Shown: positions 49,912 to 62,300 of the stretch, piece after piece
How positions within the stretch are numbered: position 1 is the first letter of the stretch
Layout: each line of letters starts with the position of its first letter
Source of the DNA: Eledone cirrhosa
Taxonomy: Eukaryota
Direction of reading: 5' to 3'
DNA length: 64,000 nucleotides
NCBI GenBank assembly: GCA_964016885.1
Contig: CAXHJY010000746.1
Span: 62,001-126,000 of the forward strand
Program-made: the position numbers and the translations under genes
Notes under the pieces: generated by a model
What the model saw: the letters and a program-made list of their open reading frames with translations, nothing else
What the model was told of the DNA's origin: nothing
The model's database searches: none

Positions 49912-51252
49912 AGTGGCTGATAACGAGGGGGCAGCCATCATGTAATGTATATGTTTATGCTAGAAATAGCAGCCAAGTCCGCCTCAATCAAAATGGACGT
50001 CTTAACAACAAGTGGAGCCCACTTTGTTAAACACAACAGTTAAATCTCCCTCAAATTATAGCCTGGAGCTTTCTAAAGTAACGACCCATCAGGGTAATGT
50101 AGTCCAAGGTAGACTGTGCTTGCAAGGAAGAAGATACAGAGTCGAGGTGGTCATGGTCGGAACGGAAAGACTGGACCCAGTGAAATAATTAAAAATATTA
50201 TTTAATTTTTAACAAAGACGATAACTCCGTAAGGATTAAATAATCAGTTAAAGTTATACAGAGTACTGTCCCTTATTTTTTTAACGTATTCTAAACTTTG
50301 TAACTTCTTTTTAAACACAATGCAATGTGGTTTGAGGTAGATTTGGCTGCTATTTCTAGCAGATATCAGTGGACGTAACAAATTTAAGAGACGTCCCACA
50401 ACTGACCACCCTGTCTATGTATTCATTATATTATATTCGTGAGCTAGGATCTTTGAAACACAATAAGATGTGGCTTGAAGGAGAACTCACTGCTATTCCA
50501 TCCGTGACCACCCTGTCGATATATTCTAGAATTAAATGGACACAATATATATATATATACATACATATATTTATATAAATATATATACATATATACGTAC
50601 ATATATTTATATATATATACACATACATATATTTATATATATATGCATACATATATTTATATATATATACACATACATATATATACAACTTAATATATAT
50701 ACATATATATATTTTATATATATATACATACATATATTTATATATATATGCATACATATATTTATATATATACACATACATATATTTATATATACATATA
50801 TATATTTTACATACATATATTTATATATATATGCATCCATATATTTATATATATATACACATACATATATTTATATATACATATATATGTATATATATAT
50901 ATATATACATATACATACACACACATATATATATATATAGCAGACAAGAATACTTTGCCAACATCATTGGATACGAACGAAGTCTCAGGTTTTATATTAG
51001 TGACCTTCTAGAAAGATGTCTTAATGAAGACTAGGGGTCTCTCGCTCTATTGGAGAAATATACTTTATTGTATGGCCGTTGACTCTCCTGAGTTCCTCTG
51101 CTCTTTGACTGGTCTGGTTTTTCATCCCACAGGGTGTCCAAAACTACCCTCCTCACCAAGGGAGCTTTGTGGGGTCGCTGACGACCCAGTTGTATTGGGT
51201 TACCTGTTACCAGTAGCACTGAAGATCAACCGGACATAAATATATATATATA

Positions 51253-51772
51253 TAGCCACTAATACTAACTACTGTACTGTACATTAGATAATGTAGTCCT
51301 AGATATACTATGTATGATAGCCACTAATACTAACTACTGTACTGTACATTAGATAATGTAGTCCTAGATATACTATGTATGATAGCCACTAATACTAACT
51401 ACTGTACTGTACATTAGATAATGTAGTCCTAGATACACTATGTCTGATAGCCACTAATACTAACTACTGTACTGTACATTAGATAATGTAGTCCTAGATA
51501 CACTATGTCTGATAGCCACTAATACTAACTACTGTACTGTACATTAGATAATGTAGTCCTAGATACACTATGTCTGATAGCCACTAATACTAACTACTGT
51601 ACTGTACATTAGATAATGTAGTCCTAGATATACTATGTCTGATAGCCACTAATACTAACTACTGTACTGTACATTAGATAATGTAGTCCTAGATATACTA
51701 TGTCTGATAGCCACTAATACTAACTACTGTACTGTACATTAGATAATGTAGTCCTAGATACACTATGTCTGA
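51253..51772. repeat. 66-bp minisatellite, about 8 copies
   Basis: Unit tagccactaatactaactactgtactgtacattagataatgtagtcctagatatactatgtctga. Confidence 0.9.
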
Positions 51773-52806
51773 TCATAGGTCTACTAGATATATCAGGACT
51801 GTCCTGGGGTTAAATAACAACAACAATAAAATTGAATTTATTTTCTTTATTACAGGCATCATGAATAATAATAATAATTTCTACTTGGGGCACAAGGCCA
51901 GCAATTTGTGGGGCTGGGGAGTCGATTAAATCGACCCCAGTGTATTACAGGTGCCTTGTCTGAAAGACAAAGCTAACCTCGACGGTGAGGGGCGAAATTT
52001 GAACTCAACGTAAAGGGCCGTAACGCTATGCCGTAAAGCATATTGTTCGACGCTCGACCGACTCTGCCATTCCACCACCCCAGTAATAATAATAATAATA
52101 ATAATAATGGTTTCGGGGGGAGGGGGGTTACATAAGTTGATTAAATCAACCCTAGTGCATTACTGGTACTTTAGTTTAATCAAACCCCTAGTATATCACT
52201 GGTATTTTAGTTTAACCAAACCCTAGTATTTCACTGGTACTTTAGTTTATCGGGCCCCCAGAGTATCACTGCTACTTTAGTTTAACCAACACCCCTATTT
52301 TACTGGTACTTTAGTTTATCCAAACCCCCAGTACATTACTGGTACTTTATTGTAACCAATCCCAGTATTTTACTGGTATTTTAGTTTATCGAGCCCCAGA
52401 ATATCACTGGTACTTTAGTTTATCCAAACCCCAGTATGTTACTGGTATTTCATTTTATCAACATCGAAGCCAGGAGGACAAAAGGCAGGGGTAACCTTCT
52501 TTCCCACCCAACAAAGGGACCGGGAGCCAGAATGTCAGTAAAAAAGGGCCTGTTACGAAACAAACACCACAATGTATTTAAAGTCCGACACTCTACCAGT
52601 TACTGGGCTCATAATAATAATGGTTTTGATTCAGGCACAAGGCCAGCAATTCGTGGGGAGGGGAAAGTAGTTAAACCGACACCAGTGTATTGCTGGTATA
52701 AAGATAATAACAATTAATTTTAGTCATGATTGATCCATATAATATGCAAATTAGATGTAAACTTCTCTATATTTATATATATACATGTGTATATATATAT
52801 GTGTGT

Positions 52807-52837
<31 letters not shown>

Positions 52838-52970
52838 TATATATATCTATATACATATATATCTATATATACATACATATCTATATATACATACATATCT
52901 ATATATATAAATATATATCTTGTATATATATATATATATACATATATCTATATATATAAATATATATCTA

Positions 52971-53278
<308 letters not shown>

Positions 53279-53628
53279 TATATACATATATCTATATTTA
53301 TATATACATAGATATACATATATATACATATACACATATATATATAAACACACCACGGATTTTTATGTATATTTATTATATTTTTTTTTAACATTTTTCA
53401 AAATATAATTTTTTTGGTGTTCGAAAATGAATAAATTTTAAAATGAAATCGAATAAAAATAAAAATTCCTAATCAAGCATAATTTATGTTAATTAATTTA
53501 TGTAAATTTAAAATAATTAACGTTAATTATGCGTTAAAAATTATGTCACCATCACAAGATAGATTTTGTACCCAAAAATATTGTAAAAACCAGATTTGTT
53601 TTTCTACTCATGTAAAATGGACATATAT

Positions 53629-53666
<38 letters not shown>

Positions 53667-54518
53667 CATACATATATATATATATACAGACACACACACA
53701 CATATATATATATATATCTATATACATTAATAGATATATACACACACATATATATATCTATATACATTAATAGATATATACACACACACACACACATATA
53801 TATATCTATATACACACACACTAACCATAAAAACCAGACAAAAATAATAATAATTGTTTCTACTTTTGGCACAAGGCCAGCAGTTATCCCAAGTGCATTA
53901 CTGGTACTTTATTTTATCAACCGTCCGTAAGGATGAAAGCAAAGTTAAATAACTTTGGCGGGATTTGATCTGAGAACGTAAAGGGCCATAACTCTATGCC
54001 ACTAAAGTAGTAACAAAAAATCCACAATTTCAACAGAAGATAATTTAGGCACAAGGCCAGCAATTTTTAGAGGGGATGGGGAGAGGGAAAAGTAGATTAA
54101 ATCGACCCCCAGTGAATTACTGGTACTTTATTTTATCAACCATAATAATAATAATAACAACAACAACAACAACATGAAAGAGATTTGATTGTTTTTTTTT
54201 TGGTTTTGGTTTTGTTTTTTTCTGGTTTTCGTTGATGAAAAAAAAAAATTAAAAAAAAATTTAATAAAATTAAAATTCTTTTTCTTTTTAAATTTTAAAA
54301 TAAATTTTAAAAAATACAAAATAAAAATAAGTTTTTCTTCTTCTATTGCAGCAGACAAACCTAGCAAACCCACCTTTGAACCATAATATATCATATATAG
54401 TATATAGTATATAGACTGTGTATATATATATAAATATATAAATATATAAATACATACTATATATATATATAGTATGTATATATATATACATACACATACT
54501 TTATATATATATACATAC

Positions 54519-54549
<31 letters not shown>

Positions 54550-54686
54550 ACATACTATATATATATATATATACTATACATATATATATATATAAATATA
54601 CTATATATACATAAATATATACTATATATATATATATATACTATATATATATATATATATACTATATATATATATATATATATATA

Positions 54687-54728
<42 letters not shown>

Positions 54729-54840
54729 TTTTACATATATATATACACTTATACCTCACTGGTCAATTTTATACTATATATATATATGTATACATACTAT
54801 ACATATATATATATATATATACTATATATACATAAATATA

Positions 54841-54878
<38 letters not shown>

Positions 54879-55022
54879 TTATACATATATATATATATAC
54901 ACGTATACCTCACTGGTCAATTTTATATATATATATTTCTACAAGATTGTCTAGTGACTTTTGAGACACCCTGTATATATAAATATATATACACATGCCT
55001 ATATTTTATATAAATATATATA

Positions 55023-55122
55023 CAGGGTGTCCCAAAATATGTATACACACTTTGATTACCTGTACAGACAATATTTATTAGAATGCTGTTAATGTGTGTA
55101 TACATTTTTGTGAGACACCCTG
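55023..55122. mobile_element. Tc1/mariner-type MITE, 100 bp
   Basis: TA|CAGGGTGTCCCAAAA...TGAGACACCCTG|TA; solo TIRs near 54960 and 10105-10130. Confidence 0.8.
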
Positions 55123-55484
55123 TATATATAAATAATATATATATGTATATAAGCATATATATATATATATATAAGTATATACACACATATATATATATAC
55201 ATTCACTATATATATACACATATATGTATATATACTCTTTCTTATACCCGAAAATATAACCCCACAATTTAGTCTGTTTAACAACTATACACCAGCAGTG
55301 AATATATTATATACACCCAATATTTATATAATATATACTTTACCTTTCATACATATATATTTTTTTTATTTAATAGTTTTTGTTTTGTATATATATACAT
55401 ATATATATATATATATTTATATATTTATTCATATATATATAAATATACTTATATATCTCTATATATATAAAAATATATATATTC

Positions 55485-55515
<31 letters not shown>

Positions 55516-55613
55516 CATATAAATATACTTATATATATACATAAATATACTTATATATATACATAAATATACTTATATATATATATATACACATATATAT
55601 ACATAAATATACT

Positions 55614-55647
<34 letters not shown>

Positions 55648-55773
55648 TATACATAAATATACTTATATATATATATATACACATATATATACATAAATAT
55701 ACCTATATATATATACACATATATATACATAAATATACTTATATATATATACACATATATATACATAAATATA

Positions 55774-55813
<40 letters not shown>

Positions 55814-55886
55814 TATGCATGCACCTATATATAAATATATATATTATATACACATATATATATATGTATGTAAAATATACTTATAT

Positions 55887-55947
<61 letters not shown>

Positions 55948-56068
55948 TATACACCGATAGATAGATAAATAAATTTCTATGTCAACTTTACGTTCAAGGA
56001 ATTCCAGGGAGCATAAGACGACGGTGTTGGGGGCAGGGGGCACTTTTTAATGGGGGTTGGGGATCGAG

Positions 56069-56314
56069 TTAACTGTCTTTTTTCTGGGATTGAAAATATT
56101 CTTGGAGCACAGCCCATGCCTGAGGGGCCATAAATCCTTCTGGTGGGGTCTCCCCGTCTCTAGCAAGCTTCCTCATTCGGGTGCCAGATATAAAGTCAAA
56201 ATCTTCCTTCTTCTCGGGGTCAAAGAAATCCATCTTCTTCAGTTTCATGTTGTAGGCCGCCACACGGAAGGGCACAATCTCCAGCTGTGTCAACCCTGGG
56301 GCACATGTTAGCAC
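56069..56314 (-). CDS. PAPSS: PAPSS terminal exon (VLTCAPGL...QKKDS*)
   Basis: caacag acceptor, 246 nt to TAA. Confidence 0.95.
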   Translation of the reverse strand: MLTCAPGLTQLEIVPFRVAAYNMKLKKMDFFDPEKKEDFDFISGTRMRKLARDGETPPEGFMAPQAWAVLQEYFQSQKKDS

Positions 56315-59300
56315 CTGTTGAAAGGGGCAGAGGTTTGTGTAGGTAGGGTAGGGTTAGGGTTAGGGATAGGGCAGAGTGGAGTTAGGGTTAGAGTTGGGAT
56401 AGGGCAGAGTGGAGTCAGGGTTAGGGTAGGGATAGGGCAGAGTGGAGTCAGAGTTAGGGTAGGGATAGGGCAGAGTGGAGTCAGGGTTAGGGTAGGGATA
56501 GGGCAGAGTGGAGTCAGAGTTAGGGTAGGGATAGGGCAGAGTGGAGTTAGGGTTAGGGTAGGGATAGGGCAGAGTAGGTTAGGGTTAGGGTAGGGATAGG
56601 GCAGAGTGGAGTTAGGGTTAGGGTAGGGATAGGGCAGAGTAGGTTAGGGTTAGGGTTGGGATAGGGCAGAGTGGAGTTAGGGTTAGGGTAGGGATAGGGC
56701 AGAGTGGAGTTAGGGTTAGGGTTGGGATAGGGCAGAGTGGAGTTAGGGTTAGGGTTGGGATAGGGCAGAGTGGGTTAGGGTTAGGGTAGGGATAGGGCAG
56801 AGTAGGTTAGGGTTAGGGTAGGGATAGGGCAGAGTGGAGTTAGGGTTAGGGTAGGGATAAGGCAGAGTAGGTTAGGGTTAGGGTAGGGATAAGGCAGAGT
56901 AGGTTAGGGTTAGGGTAGGGATAAGGCAGAGTAGGTTAGGGTTAGGGTAGGGATAAGGCAGAGTGGAGTTAGGGTTAGGGTAGGGATAGGGCAGAGTAGG
57001 TTAGGGTTAGGGTAGGGATAAGGCAGAGTAGGTTAGGGTTAGGGTAGGGATAAGGCAGAGTGGAGTTAGGGTTAGGGTAGGGATAAGGCAGAGTGGAGTT
57101 AGGGTTAGGGTAGGGATAGGGCAGAGTGGGTTAGGGTTAGGGTAGGGATAAGGCAGAGTAGGTTAGGGTTAGGGTAGGGATAAGGCAGAGTGGAGTTAGG
57201 GTTAGGGTAGGGATAGGGCAGAGTGGAGTTAGGGTTAGGGTAGGGATAAGGCAGAGTAGGTTAGGGTTAGGGTAGGGATAGGGCAGAGTGGAGTTAGGGT
57301 TAGGGTAGGGATAAGGCAGAGTGGAGTTAGGGTTAGGGTTGGGATAAGGCAGAGTGGAGTTAGGGTTAGGGTAGGGATAGGGCAGAGTAGGTTAGGGTTA
57401 GGGTAGGGATAAGGCAGAGTGGAGTTAGGGTTAGGGTAGGGATAGGGCAGAGTGGGTTAGGGTTAGGGTAGGGATAAGGCAGAGTGGAGTTAGGGTTAGG
57501 GTAGGGATAGGGCAGAGTAGGTTAGGGTTAGGGTAGGGATAAGGCAGAGTGGAGTTAGGGTTAGGGTAGGGATAGGGCAGAGTGGGTTAGGGTTAGGGTA
57601 GGGATAAGGCAGAGTAGGTTAGGGTTAGGGTAGGGATAGGGCAGAGTGGGTTAGGGTTAGGGTAGGGATAAGGCAGAGTGGAGTTAGGGTTAGGGTAGGG
57701 ATAGGGCAGAGTAGGTTAGGGTTAGGGTAGGGATAAGGCAGAGTGGAGTTAGGGTTAGGGTAGGGATAAGGCAGAGTGGAGTTAGGGTTAGGGTTGGGAT
57801 AAGGCAGAGTGGAGTTAGGGTTAGGGTTGGGATAAGGCAGAGTGGAGTTAGGGTTAGGGTAGGGATAGGGCAGAGTGGGTTAGGGTTAGGGTAGGGATAA
57901 GGCAGAGTGGAGTTAGGGTTAGGGTTGGGATAAGGCAGAGTGGAGTTAGGGTTAGGGTAGGGATAAGGCAGAGTGGAGTTAGGGTTAGGGTAGGGATAGG
58001 GCAGAGTAGGTTAGGGTTAGGGTAGGGATAAGGCAGAGTGGAGTTAGGGTTAGGGTTGGGATAAGGCAGAGTGGAGTTAGGGTTAGGGTTGGGATAGGGC
58101 AGAGTAGGTTAGGGTTAGGGTAGGGATAAGGCAGAGTGGAGTTAGGGTTAGGGTAGGGATAGGGCAGAGTGGAGTTAGGGTTAGGGTAGGGATAGGGCAG
58201 TGTGGTGTCAGGGTTAGGGTAGGGATAGGGAAGAGTGGAGTTAGGGTTAGGGTTGGGATAAGGCAGAGTGGAGTTAGGGTTAGGGTAGGGATAGGGCAGA
58301 GTGGGTTAGGGTTAGGGTAGGGATAAGGCAGAGTGGAGTTAGGGTTAGGGTAGGGATAGGGCAGAGTAGGTTAGGGTTAGGGTAGGGATAGGGAAGAGTG
58401 GAGTTAGGGTTAGGGTTGGGATAAGGCAGAGTGGAGTTAGGGTTAGGGTAGGGATAGGGCAGAGTGGGTTAGGGTTAGGGTAGGGATAAGGCAGAGTGGA
58501 GTTAGGGTTAGGGTAGGGATAGGGCAGAGTAGGTTAGGGTTAGGGTAGGGATAAGGCAGAGTGGAGTTAGGGTTAGGGTAGGGATAGGGCAGAGTAGGTT
58601 AGGGTTAGGGTAGGGATAAGGCAGAGTGGAGTTAGGGTTAGGGTTGGGATAAGGCAGAGTGGAGTTAGGGTTAGGGTAGGGATAGGGCAGAGTGGGTTAG
58701 GGTTAGGGTAGGGATAAGGCAGAGTGGAGTTAGGGTTAGGGTTGGGATAAGGCAGAGTGGAGTTAGGGTTAGGGTAGGGATAGGGCAGAGTAGGTTAGGG
58801 TTAGGGTAGGGATAAGGCAGAGTGGAGTTAGGGTTAGGGTTGGGATAAGGCAGAGTGGAGTTAGGGTTAGGGTTGGGATAGGGCAGAGTGGAGTTAGGGT
58901 TAGGGTAGGGATAGGGCAGTGTGGTGTCAGGGTTAGGGTAGGGTTAGGGTGGAGTCAGGGTAAAGGAGAGAGAGGGAGGGAGAAAAAGAAGAAAAAAAAA
59001 AGAAAGATACATTAGAATAAAGTTACAACAACAACAACAACAACATTTTCTACTTTCGGCACAAGGCAGCAATTACCCCAGTGTATTACTGGTACTTTAT
59101 TTTACCCCCCCCCCCAGTGTATTACTGGTACTTTATTTTACCGACCCCCCCCCCCCCCCCAGTGTATTACTGGTACTTTATTTTACCCCCCCCCCCAGTG
59201 TATTACTGGTACTTTATTTTACCGACCCCCAGTGTATTACTGGTACTTCATTTTACCGACCCCAGTGTATTACTGGTACTTTATTTTACCGACCCCCAGT

Positions 59301-62300
59301 GTATTACTGGTACTTTATTTTACCGACCCCCAGTGTATTACTGGTACTTTATTTTACCAACCCCCAGTGTATTACTGGTACTTTATTTTACCGACCCCAG
59401 TGTATTACTGGTACTTTATTTTACCGACCCCAGTGTATTACTGGTACTTTATTTTACCGACCCCCAGTGTATTACTGGTACTTTATTTTACCGACCCCCA
59501 GTGTATTACTGGTACTTTATTTTACCAACCCCCAGTGTATTACTGGTACTTTATTTTACCGACCCCAGTGTATTACTGGTACTTTATTTTACCGACCCCA
59601 GTGTATTACTGGTACTTTATTTTACCGACCCCCAGTGTATTACTGGTACTTTATTTTACCGACCCCCAGTGTATTACTGGTACTTTATTTTACCGACCCC
59701 GGTAAGGATGAAAGGCAAAGTTAACCCCGGCGGGATTTGAACTCAGAAGAACGCAAAGGGCCGCAACTCCATGCCGCAAAACACGGTGTCCGACGCTCTA
59801 CCGATTACTGCCAACATCAACGACAATAATAATAATAATAATAATAAGGGAGTTGTATCGCTTACCTTGGCCCCGTGTGTGGGGTTGTATAGGTCTTGTT
59901 TGGTGTCGGGGTGGGGCATACCTGCCGGGTCACGGCCCACGATGTAGAAATTGGTTCCAGTCGACATTCGGGCCTTCGCGTGCCACTGAACCTGGATACA
60001 GACAAAGCAGAAAATATTAGGGGCTGGCCGGGATTTATTACGTTTATAAAGGGTTCAGAAGAAAGGATCAGTTTAACGAGGGAACCCGAAACCTGAAGAC
60101 AGACAAAACATCGTCTGTCTGTCTGTCTACCCACCCACCCACCCAGCCATCTACCCACCCACCCATCCATCTACCCACCCATCCATCTACCCACCCACCC
60201 ATCTACCCACCCACCTACCTACCCACCCACCTACCTACCCACCCACCCACCCATCTATCTACCCACCCACCCATCTATCTACCCACCCATCCATCTACCC
60301 ACCCATCCATCTACCCACCCACCCATCTACCCACCCACCTACCTACCCACCCACCCACCCATCTATCTACCCACCCACCCATCTACCTACCCACCCATCC
60401 ATCTACCCACCCACCCATCCACCCACCCATCTATCTATCTACCCACCCACCCATCTACCCATCACCCACCCACCCATCTACCCACCCGACAACTTACCTC
60501 CGTGGGTCCAGCGTACATCATCGGGGAAGGGAATATCGCCAACACTGTCGTCTCTGGGTCCAAAACTCCGGCCGTTAAGATGGCCTGGTGTTGTTTCATA
60601 CGGACGGAGAGGGGGACATCGTCTTCTTTGGTCCAGCCTCCTGTTAGTGGAGAGGAGAGAGGTTATAGTGGTGGTGTGGTGTGGTGTGGTGTGGTGCGGT
60701 GTGGTGTGGTGTGGTGTGGTGCGGTGTTGTTTCATACGGACGGAGAGGGGGACATCGTCTTCTTTGGTCCAGCCTCCTGTTAGTGGAGAGGAGAGAGGTT
60801 ATAGTGGTGGTGCGGTGTAGTGTGGTGTGGTGGTGGTGGTGTGGTGTGGTGTTGTTTCATACGGACGGAGAGGGGGACATCGTCTTCTTTGGTCCAGCCT
60901 CCTGTTAGTGGAGAGGAGAGAGGTTATAGTGGTGGTGTGGTGTAGTGTGGTGTGGTGTGGTGTAGTGTGGTGTGGTGTGGTGTGGTGTGGTGCGGTGTTG
61001 TTTCATACGGACGGAGAGGGGGACATCGTCTTCTTTGGTCCAGCCTCCTGTTAGTGGAGAGGAGAGAGGTTATAGTGGTGGTGTGGTGTGGTGTGGTGTG
61101 GTGCGGTGTTGTTTCATACGGACGGAGAGGGGGACATCGTCTTCTTTGGTCCAGCCTCCTGTTAGTGGAGAGGAGAGAGGTTATAGTGGTGGTGTGGTGT
61201 GGTGTGGTGTGGTGCGGTGTTGTTTCATACGGACGGAGAGGGGGACATCGTCTTCTTTGGTCCAGCCTCCTGTTAGTGGAGAGGAGAGAGGTTATAGTGG
61301 TGGTGTGGTGTGGTGTGGTGTGGTGCGGTGTGGTGTGGTGTGGTGCGGTGTTGTTTCATACGGACGGAGAGGGGGACATCGTCTTCTTTGGTCCAGCCTC
61401 CTGTTAGTGGAGAGGAGAGAGGTTATAGTGGTGGTGTGGTGTGGTGTGGTGTGGTGCGGTGTGGTGTGGTGTGGTGCGGTGTTGTTTCATACGGACGGAG
61501 AGGGGGACATCGTCTTCTTTGGTCCAGCCTCCTGTTAGTGGAGAGGAGAGAGGTTATAGTGGTGGTGTGGTGTAGTGTGGTGTGGTGTGGTGTGGTGTGG
61601 TGTGGTGTGGTGCGGTGTTGTTTCATACGGACGGAGAGGGGGACATCGTCTTCTTTGGTCCAGCCTCCTGTTAGTGGAGAGGAGAGAGGTTATAGTGGTG
61701 GTGTGGTGTGGTGTGGTGTGGTGCGGTGTGGTGTGGTGTGGTGCGGTGTTGTTTCATACGGACGGAGAGGGGGACATCGTCTTCTTTGGTCCAGCCTCCT
61801 GTTAGTGGAGAGGAGAGAGGTTATAGTGGTGGTGTGGTGTAGTGTGGTGTGGTGTGGTGTGGTGTGGTGTGGTGTGGTGCGGTGTTGTTTCATACGGACG
61901 GAGAGGGGGACATCGTCTTCTTTGGTCCAGCCTCCTGTTAGTGGAGAGGAGAGAGGTTATAGTGGTGGTGTGGTGTGGTGTGGTGTGGTGCGGTGTGGTG
62001 TGGTGTGGTGCGGTGTTGTTTCATACGGACGGAGAGGGGGACATCGTCTTCTTTGGTCCAGCCTCCTGTTAGTGGAGAGGAGAGAGGTTATAGTGGTGGT
62101 GTGGTGTAGTGTGGTGTGGTGTGGTGTGGTGTGGTGTGGTGTGGTGCGGTGTTGTTTCATACGGACGGAGAGGGGGACATCGTCTTCTTTGGTCCAGCCT
62201 CCTGTTAGTGGAGAGGAGAGAGGTTATAGTGGTGGTGTGGTGTGGTGGTGGTGGTGGTGTGGTGCGATGTGGTGTAGTGTAGTGTGGTGTAGTGTGGTGT

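Noticed and set aside
49277-51220. Diverged inverted pair at 49277-49462 and 51072-51220
   Set aside because: They look like two old copies of a dispersed repeat with low identity and no TSD or transposase between them.
60587-62240. Interpretation as a Dscam-like mutually exclusive exon cluster
   Set aside because: The copies are identical, truncated at 54 nt and lack the authentic donor, so they cannot substitute for the full exon.
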